NCBI GenBank assembly: GCA_963765575.1
Contig: CAVXWZ010000001.1
Coordinates: 365,784 to 429,783 of the forward strand
Length of the DNA stretch: 64,000 nucleotides
Direction: 5' to 3'
Source: an uncultured cyanobacterium
GTDB taxonomy: Bacteria > Cyanobacteriota > Cyanobacteriia > PCC-6307 > Cyanobiaceae
A model generated the notes under the pieces. That model worked only from the letters and a program-made list of their open reading frames with translations, made no database searches and was not told where the DNA came from. The stretch's first letter is position 1; each line of letters begins with the position of its first letter. The position numbers and the translations under genes were made by a program. Shown here piece by piece: positions 1 to 9,455 of the stretch.

Positions 1-487
1 CGGCGCCGCGGCCGACCAGGGCCACCGGGTGCAGATGGCCGCAGATGTTGAGCTGGCCGGGCCGCGGCTCGGGTGCATGGCTGAGCCACCAGGGGCCGAG
101 CTCCTGGCTGGGTTGCTGGGGCAGCCCGGCGATCCAGCTGCCGCGCTCATGGTTGCCCCCCACCAGCTCCAGCGGACAGTCCAGCAGCTCCGGCAGGGCC
201 GCGAGCTTGGCGCGCAGCTCGGCGGTGAGGCCCAGGCGGCTGTGGATCAGGTCGCCCAGCACCAGCACCCGCTGGGGCCGCAACCGGTGCGCCAGCTCCA
301 GCAGACGGTTGACGTTGCCGGCATCGCCATCGCTGGGCAGGGCCACGCCGTGGGCCTGGAGGGTTTCGGCCTTGCCCAGGTGCACATCGGCCAGCAGCAG
401 CACGCGGCGCCGGGGGTCGAAGGCGGCCCGGTCGCTGAGCAGCTGCAGCTCCTCCCCCTGCCATTGGAAGCCAGTGCTGCTGTTCAC
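1..487 (-). CDS. pdeM: Ligase-associated DNA damage response metallophosphoesterase/endonuclease (3' end outside window)
   Basis: My minus-strand translation from GTG 487 gives LLLADVHLGKAE...VLGDLIH...GGNHE...LSH...ICGHLHP, the calcineurin-like phosphoesterase motifs. The GTG overlaps the GST stop (GTGA). Not in the ORF track. Confidence 0.88.
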   Translation of the reverse strand, partial: MNSSTGFQWQGEELQLLSDRAAFDPRRRVLLLADVHLGKAETLQAHGVALPSDGDAGNVNRLLELAHRLRPQRVLVLGDLIHSRLGLTAELRAKLAALPELLDCPLELVGGNHERGSWIAGLPQQPSQELGPWWLSHAPEPRPGQLNICGHLHPVALVGRGA

Positions 488-1095
488 CGCGGGCCGATGG
501 CGCGCTGGTAGGCGGGGCGGGCCTGGGTGGCGGCGATGGTGGCCTGCACGTGGGGCCAGGGGCTGAGGTCGATCTCGGGGAAAAAGATGGGCAGGTAGGC
601 CAGGTAGGCCTGCACGGCGCAGTCGGCGGCACCCCAGCACTCGCCCACCAGCGGCCCGCCGCCGGCCAGCTGGTCGTTGAGCACGCCCATCAGGCGCGGG
701 AATTCGCGCTCGCGGTTGCTGGCCACGAACAGGGCCACCGCCAGGGTGGAGTTGGCGAACAGCAGCCACTGGGCCACCAGCGCCCGGCGGGCGGCCCCCT
801 GCTCCGCGTCAGCCACCGCCGGGCCCGTGAACTCGCCGCCGTAGCGCTCGGCCAGGAACAGCAGGATGGCGCCGCTCTCGAACAGCTGCAGCGCTCCGCC
901 GCCGGGTGCCTCCAGGCTGTCGTCGGCCAGGGCCGGCAGCTTGGCGAAGGGGTTGATGGCGGTGAAGGCCGGCTGGCGGTGTTCGCCCGCCTGCAGATCC
1001 AGCTCGATCAAGCGGTAGGGGATTCCCTTCTCCTCCAGATACCAGCGCGGCATGGAGGCGCGGGTGCGGGCGCCGCCGTAGAGGGTGAGGGTCAC
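484..1095 (-). CDS. Glutathione S-transferase family protein
   Basis: RASMPRWYLEEKG, INPFAKLPAL and LFESGAILLFLAERY GST motifs; GTG start at 1095 is inferred. Confidence 0.92.
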   Translation of the reverse strand: MTLTLYGGARTRASMPRWYLEEKGIPYRLIELDLQAGEHRQPAFTAINPFAKLPALADDSLEAPGGGALQLFESGAILLFLAERYGGEFTGPAVADAEQGAARRALVAQWLLFANSTLAVALFVASNREREFPRLMGVLNDQLAGGGPLVGECWGAADCAVQAYLAYLPIFFPEIDLSPWPHVQATIAATQARPAYQRAIGPR

Positions 1096-1217
1096 GGACT
1101 GGCGGCAGGGCGGCGGCCAGCCTATGGGCGTAGGGCGCCAGGCAGAGGCGCCAGCAGAGGGCGGCGCCCGCCGGGTTGCGGCCACACAATCGGAATGGCG
1201 GCAGCGAGCGAGGGCCG

Positions 1218-3365
1218 ATGGCGAATCCCGAAACCAACCCTGACCCAGTCAGCGATCCAGCCAGCGGCCCCGATGCCCGCCAGCAGGCCTGTCTGCTGAC
1301 GCTCGCGCCCCATCTGCTGGGGCGGGCGCGGCGCGGCGTGGTGGGCAGCAGCCGCTATGCCGAGCGCCTGCGCGAGGCCGTGCGCCAGGCGGCCGGCGAC
1401 CCCCAGGCCCGGCCGGTGCTGATCAGCGGCGAGCCGGGGCTGGAGAAGGACAACCTCGCTGCCCTGATCCACTTCGGCAGTGCGCGGCGCCGCCGGCTGC
1501 TGGCCCGCATCGATGCCGTGAGCCTGGGCGAGGAAGGGGTCGCCCTGTTTGGCAGCGCCTCTTCGGGTGGCGACGGCTCCCTGCTGGATTGTCTCGGCGA
1601 TGGCGCCCTGCTGATCGACAACCTCGATCGCGCCGATGCCCGCCTGCGGCCCCGTCTGCTGGAGCTGCTGCGCAGCGGCCGCTGGCGGGCGCCCGGGGCC
1701 GGCAGCCGGGAGCGGCACTTCAGGGGCCGGCTGTTCTGCACCACCGAATCGGCCCTGCCGGAGTTCGACTGCTGGGCCGCCGTGATCCGGGTGCCGCCGC
1801 TGCGGGTGCGGCGCCAGGACCTGGGCGAATGGCTGCGCTACGGCCTCTGCCAGCAGGCACGCCGGCTGGGCTGGAGCAGTCCGCCGCGGGTGAGCGAGGC
1901 GGCGGTGAAGCGGCTGCAGAACCACGACTTCCCCGGCAACGTGCGCGAGTTGGAGGGACTGATCGAGCGGGCCCTGCGCCAGTGCGCCGCCGAGCGGCCG
2001 GCGGAACTGCCGGAGGAGGCCTTCTGGACCGGGTCGCGCACGGCGCCGGCGCGGTTTGACCTCTGGCGCTGGAAACCCCGGCTGCGCTTCTGGATGCGCG
2101 CGCCGCGGCTGTGGAACACCCTGCTGTTCGGCCTGGTGAGCTGGCTGTTCGTGCTGGTCAACCTGTGGCTCTGGCTCGGCCCCCAGGACCGGGCCCACAA
2201 CGGCGCCCTCAACCTCTTCTGGGCCTGGTGGTGGCCCCTGATCCTGCTCGGCTTCCCGCTGGTGGGGCGGCTGTGGTGCTCCTTCTGCCCCTTCATGGTG
2301 TGGGGTGAGATCAGCCAGCGCCTGGCCCGCCGCCTGGGCTGGCAGCCGCGCCCCTGGCCGCGGGGCGACAGCGACCGCTGGGCGGCACCGCTGCTGGCGG
2401 CCGGCTTCGCCCTGATCCTGCTCTGGGAGGAGGTGTGGGACATGGAGAACAGCGCCTGGCTGAGCAGTTGCCTGTTGCTGGCGATCACCGCCGGGGCGGT
2501 GTTGGGGTCGCTGCGCTTCGAGCGGCGCTTCTGGTGCCGGTTCCTCTGCCCGGTGGGGGGCATGAACGGGCTGTTCGCCAAGCTCTCGATCCTGGAACTG
2601 CGCGCCGAGGCCGGCACCTGCAGCGGCAGCTGCAGCAGCTATGGCTGCTTCAAGGGCGGCCCGGCGGTGGGGGAGGGTCTGGCCACCGCCGGCTGCCCCC
2701 TGGGCACCCACCCCGCCCACCTGGCCGACAACCGCAACTGCGTGCTCTGTCTCACCTGCGCGGCCGCCTGTCCCCACCGCTCGGTGCAGCTGCGCCTGCG
2801 TCCCCCCGCCGCCGACCTGCAGCGGGAGATGCAGCCGCCGGCCGGCGAAGCCGGGCTGATCCTGGTGCTGGCCGGCGGCATCGTGCTGCACCACTGGCAG
2901 CGGCTGCTGGGCGGCTTGCCCCTGGCACCTGCCAGCCTGCAGCAGGGGCCGCTGCTGCCGCGGCTGGCCTTCGCCGCCCTGGCCCTGGCCCTGCCCGGCC
3001 TGGTGTTTCTGCTCAGCCGTCCCCTGCTGGCGGCCCGGCAGCGGCGCCTGCTGCTCTATGCCCTGCTGCCGCTGCTCTGGGCCCTGCTGCTGGCCCGCCA
3101 CCTGCCCCTGGGCCTGGCCGAAGCGGGGCAGCTGCTGGCGGTGAGCCTGGGGCCGCTGGCGACCGGCCTCGCCCATTGGCCGTCCTGGAGCGCTGACCCC
3201 CACGTGATCGGCTTCTGCCAGAGCGCAGCAGTGTTGCTGGGTCTGGCCTGGGTGGTGCCGCTGCTGCGGCGGCTGTGGCCGGCGCCGCGCCTGCAACTGG
3301 CGGGGCTGGCCGTCGCTGTGGTGCTGGCGGCCGGCGGCCGCTGGCTGGTGGCCCTGCCGGGATAA
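1218..3365 (+). CDS. Sigma54-interaction-like AAA domain fused to a 4Fe-4S-binding membrane domain
   Basis: GEPGLEKD Walker-A-like motif, FPGNVRELE, WCSFCPF, WCRFLCP, CVLCLTCAAACP and many TM segments. Confidence 0.85.
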   Translation: MANPETNPDPVSDPASGPDARQQACLLTLAPHLLGRARRGVVGSSRYAERLREAVRQAAGDPQARPVLISGEPGLEKDNLAALIHFGSARRRRLLARIDAVSLGEEGVALFGSASSGGDGSLLDCLGDGALLIDNLDRADARLRPRLLELLRSGRWRAPGAGSRERHFRGRLFCTTESALPEFDCWAAVIRVPPLRVRRQDLGEWLRYGLCQQARRLGWSSPPRVSEAAVKRLQNHDFPGNVRELEGLIERALRQCAAERPAELPEEAFWTGSRTAPARFDLWRWKPRLRFWMRAPRLWNTLLFGLVSWLFVLVNLWLWLGPQDRAHNGALNLFWAWWWPLILLGFPLVGRLWCSFCPFMVWGEISQRLARRLGWQPRPWPRGDSDRWAAPLLAAGFALILLWEEVWDMENSAWLSSCLLLAITAGAVLGSLRFERRFWCRFLCPVGGMNGLFAKLSILELRAEAGTCSGSCSSYGCFKGGPAVGEGLATAGCPLGTHPAHLADNRNCVLCLTCAAACPHRSVQLRLRPPAADLQREMQPPAGEAGLILVLAGGIVLHHWQRLLGGLPLAPASLQQGPLLPRLAFAALALALPGLVFLLSRPLLAARQRRLLLYALLPLLWALLLARHLPLGLAEAGQLLAVSLGPLATGLAHWPSWSADPHVIGFCQSAAVLLGLAWVVPLLRRLWPAPRLQLAGLAVAVVLAAGGRWLVALPG

Positions 3366-3387
3366 TGACCTGAACGCCACCACCGCG

Positions 3388-3468
3388 ATGACCACCGCCC
3401 TGCTGATCGCCCTGGCCGTCTCCCTGGGGCTGATGACCTGGATCATCAAGCGGCTGGAGCAGGCCTGA
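3388..3468 (+). CDS. Putative 26-aa single-pass membrane peptide
   Basis: MTTALLIALAVSLGLMTWIIKRLEQA; GC3-rich codons; fills the intergenic gap; GATAAT upstream. Confidence 0.5.
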   Translation: MTTALLIALAVSLGLMTWIIKRLEQA

Positions 3469-3490
3469 CGCCCCAGCCCGGCGCCGGCGC

Positions 3491-4648
3491 TCAGGGGGGC
3501 AGGGAGCCGGCCAGGCGGGCACAGCCGCCAGCCTGGGCCTTGGCCGCATACATCGCCCGGTCGGCGGCAGCCAACAGCTCCTGCACCCCGCGGGCGTTGT
3601 CGGGGTAGCGGGCGATGCCGATGCTGGCTGAGAGCGCCAGATCGAGCTGCAGCTCGGCCAGGGGCTGTTCGCTCACCTGGATCAACTTGGCGGCGATCTG
3701 GCCCAGTTCCGCGTCGCCGCCGGCCTGGGACACCAGCACCACGAACTCATCGCCCCCCTGGCGGCAGAGCAGGTCGGTTTCGCGCAGCACGCCCTGCAGG
3801 CGCCGCGCCATCAGCTGCAGCACCTGATCGCCCATGGCATGGCCGTAGCGGTCGTTGACCTGCTTGAAGCCATCGAGATCGAGGAACAGCAGCGCCACCG
3901 CCCCGTGATGGCGCCGGGCCAGGGCCAGGTCCCGTTCCAGTTGCTCCAGCAGCACGGTGCGGTTGGCCAGGCCCGTGAGCTGGTCGTGGCGGGCCTGGTG
4001 GAGCACCGCCTTCTCCGCCGCGTAGCGCTCGGTGACGTCCTCGAGCATGCCCACGAAGTAGCGGGGCTTCTGGTCGGCGTCGCGCACGGTGGAGATGGCC
4101 AGGTGGTGGCGCCGCTGCTCGCCGCTGCTCACCCTGTTCCAGAGGTCGCCCTGCCAGTGCCCCCGGCTGAGCAGGCTGCCCCACAGCTCGGCATAGAAGC
4201 TCGGCCCGTGGCGGCCGGAGCGCAGCAGGTTGGTGTGCCGCCCGAGCACCTCCACGGGCCGGTAGCCGCTGAGCCGGCTGAAGGCCTCGTTGACCATCAG
4301 GATGCGGCCCTGGGGGTCGCTGACGACGATGCCCAGCCGCGACGCCTCGAACACGGTGCTGGCCAGCGCCCGTTCCTGGGCCGCCGCTTCGCTCACGGCC
4401 AGGGCCGCACGCATGGTGAGGTGGCTGTTGACCAGCGCCTGGCTGCCCAGGGCCGCCAGGACGCTGGCCCCCAGCCCGCCGGCCAGCAGCAGCGTGAGGC
4501 GGTGCTGCCGGCCGCCCGGCGCCGCCAGCAGGCCGGTGAGCAGCAGTCCCCCCGCCAGCACCAGCAGCGGCAGTGCCCGCAGGGGATAGCGCCTTCGTGG
4601 CTCGGGCGGGGTTGCCACGCGTCCGGCTCCGGGGCCCGGGCCCCCCAC
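3491..4648 (-). CDS. PAS-GGDEF diguanylate cyclase with N-terminal TM helices
   Basis: PAS (VNEAFSRLSGY...WQGDLWN), HDQLTGLANR, DLDGFKQVND, GGDEF; start uncertain. Confidence 0.92.
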   Translation of the reverse strand: MGGPGPGAGRVATPPEPRRRYPLRALPLLVLAGGLLLTGLLAAPGGRQHRLTLLLAGGLGASVLAALGSQALVNSHLTMRAALAVSEAAAQERALASTVFEASRLGIVVSDPQGRILMVNEAFSRLSGYRPVEVLGRHTNLLRSGRHGPSFYAELWGSLLSRGHWQGDLWNRVSSGEQRRHHLAISTVRDADQKPRYFVGMLEDVTERYAAEKAVLHQARHDQLTGLANRTVLLEQLERDLALARRHHGAVALLFLDLDGFKQVNDRYGHAMGDQVLQLMARRLQGVLRETDLLCRQGGDEFVVLVSQAGGDAELGQIAAKLIQVSEQPLAELQLDLALSASIGIARYPDNARGVQELLAAADRAMYAAKAQAGGCARLAGSLPP

Positions 4649-4741
4649 ACGACAGCACTGGCCTAGCAGGGCCAGGCCCGCCCTGCCTGAGGTGCCAGCC
4701 GATCCTCAGGTGTCAACCAACCATCGGGGGCCAGAGACTGG

Positions 4742-5050
4742 GTGCAGGTTGCAACCCCGCATGCCTTGGCGCCTGTTCGTCGTCCGATCCTCCAGGGTGT
4801 TGTTCTGGCGGCCGTCGTCGTTCTGGGGGGCTGGCTGCCGGCTCAGGGTGCCACGGTTCTCGATGAGCTGATCCGCGGCCATTGCCTCAAGGCGATCAGA
4901 GCTGAGGAGGAGGTGTCCGGCCTTGCGGCACCGGACGGCATGGACGCCTACACCTGCGATTGTGTGGTGGAGGAGTTCAACAAGGGCACCTCGATTGATC
5001 AGGCCATCGCCAGCTGCAAGCAAGCCGCGATCGAGGCCTTCGGCCTCTGA
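4742..5050 (+). CDS. Small secreted Cys-containing hypothetical protein
   Basis: Signal-peptide-like N terminus; C...CDC...C pattern. Confidence 0.65.
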   Translation: MQVATPHALAPVRRPILQGVVLAAVVVLGGWLPAQGATVLDELIRGHCLKAIRAEEEVSGLAAPDGMDAYTCDCVVEEFNKGTSIDQAIASCKQAAIEAFGL

Positions 5051-5056
5051 AGGGGC

Positions 5057-5707
5057 GTGCTCTGGCTGCGATGGGCCCATGACCCGCCTCGGCCCGTGAC
5101 CCCCTTCGCTGTGCTGGTGCTCTTGGCCTCGTGGGGCTGGGGCCAACCGCACCAGGCCCGAGCAACCGCCACGGCCATCGATGCGACCATCGATGCGGCC
5201 ATCGACGCGGGCAGCGGTGGAGCCCCGGAGATGATCGTGGCCTTCGCCGAAGATCCCCACCGCAGCCTGGCCGCGGCGCGCCTGCAGCGCCAGCGGCCCA
5301 ACGCCAGGCTGCTGATTCAGGGCAGCCGCTCGCTGCTGGAGCTCTCAGAGCGGCGTCTGAAGGCGGCCCGCCTGTGGTCCGATCCCCCGCCCCGGCTGCT
5401 GGAGCTGCGCGGACACTGCGACACCGTGGGACAACTGACCCAACTGGTGCCTCTGCTGGAGCGCCAGTCCGTTCCGGGGCGGCTGACCGTGGTCACCAGC
5501 CGGCCCCATCTGCAGCGCTCCGTTGCCATTGCCCATGTCCTCACGTTCCAGCGGGGCTGGCGGGTGGCTGGTGTGGCGGTTGACGAGGGCTTCATCACCC
5601 CCCAGCACCCGCTCAGCACCCCCCGGGACATGCTGCGCGCCCTGCTCTGGCGCCTCACCGGCTGGCATGGCCGCCTCAGCCGCTGCAGCCAACACCCGCC
5701 GCTCTGA
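5057..5707 (+). CDS. YdcF/DUF218-like protein
   Basis: CDTVGQL and VVTSRPHLQRS motifs of DUF218. Confidence 0.7.
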   Translation: MLWLRWAHDPPRPVTPFAVLVLLASWGWGQPHQARATATAIDATIDAAIDAGSGGAPEMIVAFAEDPHRSLAAARLQRQRPNARLLIQGSRSLLELSERRLKAARLWSDPPPRLLELRGHCDTVGQLTQLVPLLERQSVPGRLTVVTSRPHLQRSVAIAHVLTFQRGWRVAGVAVDEGFITPQHPLSTPRDMLRALLWRLTGWHGRLSRCSQHPPL

Positions 5708-5716
5708 CGCCTGCCC

Positions 5717-8257
5717 TCACACCAGCCCCTCCAGGCGGGTGGCGTCGTGGATCAGGCGCTGCAGGCGCTCCTGCAGCGACTCGTTGCTCATGCGGTTGTT
5801 GAGGCGTTCGGCCAGCAGCGGGAAAGCCAGCGGCCCCGGCCGGGGGGTGCGCTCCAGCAGCAATCGGCAGCCCAGCAGCCGCTCCAGGGCCGCCCGGATG
5901 CGGGGCAGCTCCAGCTGCTCCTGCAGCACCTCGCGGCGGGCCTGGGCCAGCAGCCGGTTGCTGGGTTCGTGGCGGCTGAACACGTCGTGCAGCAGCGCCG
6001 CACTGATCTGGATCTGGCCGCCGCTGCGGCCCTGGCCGGGGTAGCCGTTGCGCACCAGGCCGGCGATCTGGGCGATGGAGCGGAAGCGGCGGCGGCCCAG
6101 TTCCGAGAGGTTCACGGCCTGCTCCAGGTCGGCCTGCAGCTCCTCCACCTCCAGCAGCCCGTCGCCGTGCAGCTCCAGCAGCTCGGCAAACGGGTAGCCC
6201 CGCGGCGCCAGCAGCTCGAAGCCGTAGTCGTTCACCGACACCGTGAGCGTGCTGGGCCGGTGGCGCGCCAGGCGCCAGGCCCACAGGAAGCCCAGGCCCT
6301 CGTGCACGAAGCGGCCCTCGAAGGGGTAGGCGTAGAGGTGGCTGCCCTCGCGGCTGCGGCACACCTCCACCAGAAACTCGCCCTCGCGCGGCAGCCGTGA
6401 GAGCTCGCTCTGGCGGCGCAGCAGCGGCTCCAGGGCCCGCAGCTCGGGGGTGTCGAGCAGCGCTTCTCCCTCAGCCGCAGCCTCGCCCCCAGCCGCGGCA
6501 GTGCTGAGGGCCCTGGCGCAACGGTCGACCTCCGCCCGCAGCCCGGCGCTGAGCAGGTCGGAGAGGGCCATCTGGCCGCCGGCCCAGGCCGGCACGGCGG
6601 AGCTCTTCTTCGTGGTGGCCTTCACCTGGGCGGTCATCTCCCGCAGGCGCACGAACTGCAGCTGGCGGCCGGCGAAGAAGAACACATCGCCCGGCTTCAG
6701 CCGCGAGATGAAGGTCTCCTCCACATGGCCCAGCACGGCCCCGCGCACGAAGCGCACCGTGACCGAGCGACCGGCGGTGATGGTGCCGATGTGCAGCCGG
6801 TGCAGGCGGGCGACCGCCCGCTCGCGCACCACGTAGGTGAAGGGCTCGCCACCGCGGCCGGGGGCTGTGCGTTCGAGCTTGCGGTAGCGGGGGTAGGCGC
6901 CCAGGCAGTCGCCGCCGTCCTCGAGGAAGCGCAGACACCAGAGCCAGTCGCCGCGGCTGAGGCCCCGGAAACTCCAGGCCGTGCGCACCGTGGCCCACTC
7001 CCGCTCCGGCTCGAAGCCCGGCCCGCAGGCCAGGGTGGTGAGGTGCTGGAGCAGCACGTCGATCGGCGCCTCGGGGGGCCGGCGGTGCTCCACCAGGCCC
7101 GCGGCCAGGCCCCGCCGCATGGCGCTCACCTCCAGCAGTTCGAGGGCGTTGGTGGGCATGAACAGCACCTGGGAGGTGCCGCCGGGGGTGTGGGCGCTGC
7201 GGCCGGCGCGTTGCAGCAGCCGGGCCAGGTTTTTGGCCGAACCCACCTGCACCACCCGCTCCACCGGCTGGAAGTCGACCCCCAGGTCGAGGGAGCTGGT
7301 GCACACCACCCAGCGGATGCCGCCGGCCTTCACCGCCGCCTCGATCGCCTCCCGCTCCCCCCGGTCGATGGCGCTGTGGTGCAGGGCCAGGGCGCCCTCC
7401 ATCTCCGGGCAGGCGTAGCGGAGGCACTGGTGCCAGCGCTCGGCCTGGTTGCGGGTGTTGGTGAACAGCAGGGTGGAGACGGCGGGATCGAGGGCCGCCA
7501 CCAGCTCCTCGTACATGCGCAGGCCCAGGTGACCGGCCCAGGGAAAGCCGTCGATCGCCTCGGGGAGCAGGCTGCGGATGCTGGTGGGGCGCTCGATGGC
7601 GGCGCTGATGATCAGGGGCTCGGGCTGGGCGGTGCCCAGGGCCGCCTGAGCCGCCTCCCGCAGGTTGCCGATGGTGGCGCTGATCGCCCAGCTGCGCAGG
7701 CCCGGCCGCAGCCCCCGCAGCCAGCTCAGGCAGAGCTCGCACTGGCTGCCGCGTTTGCTGCCCATCAGCTCGTGCCACTCGTCGAGCACCACCGCCTGCA
7801 GGCCGCCGAACAGCTCACGGGCCTTCGGGCCCGCCAGCAGCAGCGACAGCGATTCGGGGGTGGTGATCAGGATCTGGGGTGGCTGGCGCAGCTGCCGGGC
7901 GCGTTCGCTGCTGGCCGTGTCGCCATTGCGGATGCCCACCCGCAGCGGCCAGCCCATCGCCTCGATCGGGGTGCGGATGGCCAGGGCCAGGTCGCGGCTC
8001 AGGGCCCGCAGGGGGGTGAGGTAGAGCAGGCGCAGCCCGGGGGTTGCCTGGTCGCCTGCGGCCGCCGCCTCGGCGAGCAGCTCGGCGATCGGACCCATTA
8101 CTGCCGCGTAGGTCTTGCCGGAGCCGGTGGGCACCTGGATCAGGCCGCTCTCACCGCCCAGGTAGGCGTGCCAGCACTGACGCTGGAAGGGCAACGGTGA
8201 CCAGCCCTGCCGCTCGAACCAGGCCTCGATCGGCGCCAGGGCCGCGGCTGGATCCAT
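5717..8257 (-). CDS. lhr: Ligase-associated DNA damage response DEXH-box helicase (Lhr-core)
   Basis: PTGSGKT, TPLRAL, DEWH, SAT, SLDLGVD and QRAGRSAH SF2 motifs; 846 aa. Confidence 0.93.
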   Translation of the reverse strand: MDPAAALAPIEAWFERQGWSPLPFQRQCWHAYLGGESGLIQVPTGSGKTYAAVMGPIAELLAEAAAAGDQATPGLRLLYLTPLRALSRDLALAIRTPIEAMGWPLRVGIRNGDTASSERARQLRQPPQILITTPESLSLLLAGPKARELFGGLQAVVLDEWHELMGSKRGSQCELCLSWLRGLRPGLRSWAISATIGNLREAAQAALGTAQPEPLIISAAIERPTSIRSLLPEAIDGFPWAGHLGLRMYEELVAALDPAVSTLLFTNTRNQAERWHQCLRYACPEMEGALALHHSAIDRGEREAIEAAVKAGGIRWVVCTSSLDLGVDFQPVERVVQVGSAKNLARLLQRAGRSAHTPGGTSQVLFMPTNALELLEVSAMRRGLAAGLVEHRRPPEAPIDVLLQHLTTLACGPGFEPEREWATVRTAWSFRGLSRGDWLWCLRFLEDGGDCLGAYPRYRKLERTAPGRGGEPFTYVVRERAVARLHRLHIGTITAGRSVTVRFVRGAVLGHVEETFISRLKPGDVFFFAGRQLQFVRLREMTAQVKATTKKSSAVPAWAGGQMALSDLLSAGLRAEVDRCARALSTAAAGGEAAAEGEALLDTPELRALEPLLRRQSELSRLPREGEFLVEVCRSREGSHLYAYPFEGRFVHEGLGFLWAWRLARHRPSTLTVSVNDYGFELLAPRGYPFAELLELHGDGLLEVEELQADLEQAVNLSELGRRRFRSIAQIAGLVRNGYPGQGRSGGQIQISAALLHDVFSRHEPSNRLLAQARREVLQEQLELPRIRAALERLLGCRLLLERTPRPGPLAFPLLAERLNNRMSNESLQERLQRLIHDATRLEGLV

Positions 8258-8266
8258 GCCCAGCGA

Positions 8267-8686
8267 CTACATCCGCGACATGGCGGTGATCTTGGCCAGC
8301 TTGACGGGGTCGAGACCCTTGAGCTCCTCAATCGAGAGCAGCTTGTCGCGCACCAGGTTGGCGAACACGAACAGCAGGCCCGGCAGGCGGAAATCGAAGC
8401 GGCCCTCGATGGCGTGGCGCTGGATGCTCAGGAAGTCGTGCAGTATCCACACGCTGTCCATGTTCTCGAGGCTCTCGGCATGGGCCTGCACGGTCTGCAC
8501 CAGGGCGCTGATGGTGCGCTGCTGGGCGGTGTCGAAGGCGCGCCGGGCGACGAGCTGCTCTGCCTCGCTCCAGCCGTCATCGGCCGCTGGCCGCGGCTGG
8601 CCGGGCTCCGGAGCGGCCTGGCTCGAGGCCGTCTGGAGGGGCGCTGCCGCTGCCGTGGCTGGCGATTGATCGGATGCCTGTCCCAC
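8267..8686 (-). CDS. frp: Fluorescence recovery protein
   Basis: WSEAEQLVARRAFD...VWILHDFLSIQRHAIEGRFDFR; lies downstream of ocp and crtW; start uncertain. Confidence 0.9.
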   Translation of the reverse strand: MGQASDQSPATAAAAPLQTASSQAAPEPGQPRPAADDGWSEAEQLVARRAFDTAQQRTISALVQTVQAHAESLENMDSVWILHDFLSIQRHAIEGRFDFRLPGLLFVFANLVRDKLLSIEELKGLDPVKLAKITAMSRM

Positions 8687-8735
8687 TAATGCCCTGTCAT
8701 GAACTGCTGACTTTTTGAACCTACAGCGTTCGTTC

Positions 8736-9455
8736 TCAGGCCGCGAGCGCGCCATGGTGGCGCCGGTGGCAGGCGGGAAGCTCGTACCACGGCAGGGCCG
8801 GATGGCTGTGGTGCTCGCGGTGGTAGCCGAAGTGGAAGCAGGCCAGCAGCGAGAGCGGTTCGGGCCAGGCCAGGGTGATGGCCCCGTGGGGTGCCGCCGT
8901 GGCCCGGCCGCGGTGGGGCAGGTAGGTGCCGAACAGGAACAGCTGCAGGGAGCTGAGCGCCAGGGGCAGCACCCAGACGGTGAGCACGGCCTGGGCACCG
9001 TGGCCGTGCAGGGCGGAAGCCGCCAGGGCAGCACCGCCCCAGAGGGCCACCAGCAGCGTCAGGGAGGAGGGGCTGAGATAGCCGGCCAGGAAACGCAGAT
9101 ACCAGCGGATCGCCCCGGGCTGACGGGGGGCGTGGAAGTCGGGATCACGGTGGCTGCCGGGGGCGCGGTGGTGCAGCAGGTGGTTGCGGCGGCAGAGCCG
9201 GTAGGGCAGGCAGGCGTAGAGGCCCAGGGCGATGCGGCCGAGACCGTCGTTGAGGCCCTGATGCCCGGGCACCAGGGAGCGGTGCATGGCGTCATGGCCA
9301 ACGATGAACAGGCCGGTCTGGAGCTGGGTGCGCACCAGCACCAACGCCAGCACGACCCCCGCCGGCAAGACCGGAGCGAGGGTCAGCAGCAGCACCAGGC
9401 TGAGGCACCAGCCGCCGATCAGCCCCAGGGCCAGGGCGGTGCCTCGGGCGATCAC
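8736..9455 (-). CDS. crtW: Beta-carotene ketolase (fatty acid desaturase family)
   Basis: His boxes HDAMH, HLLHH, HREHH, plus DPDFH and FGTYLPH; GTG overlaps the ocp stop. Confidence 0.88.
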   Translation of the reverse strand: MIARGTALALGLIGGWCLSLVLLLTLAPVLPAGVVLALVLVRTQLQTGLFIVGHDAMHRSLVPGHQGLNDGLGRIALGLYACLPYRLCRRNHLLHHRAPGSHRDPDFHAPRQPGAIRWYLRFLAGYLSPSSLTLLVALWGGAALAASALHGHGAQAVLTVWVLPLALSSLQLFLFGTYLPHRGRATAAPHGAITLAWPEPLSLLACFHFGYHREHHSHPALPWYELPACHRRHHGALAA

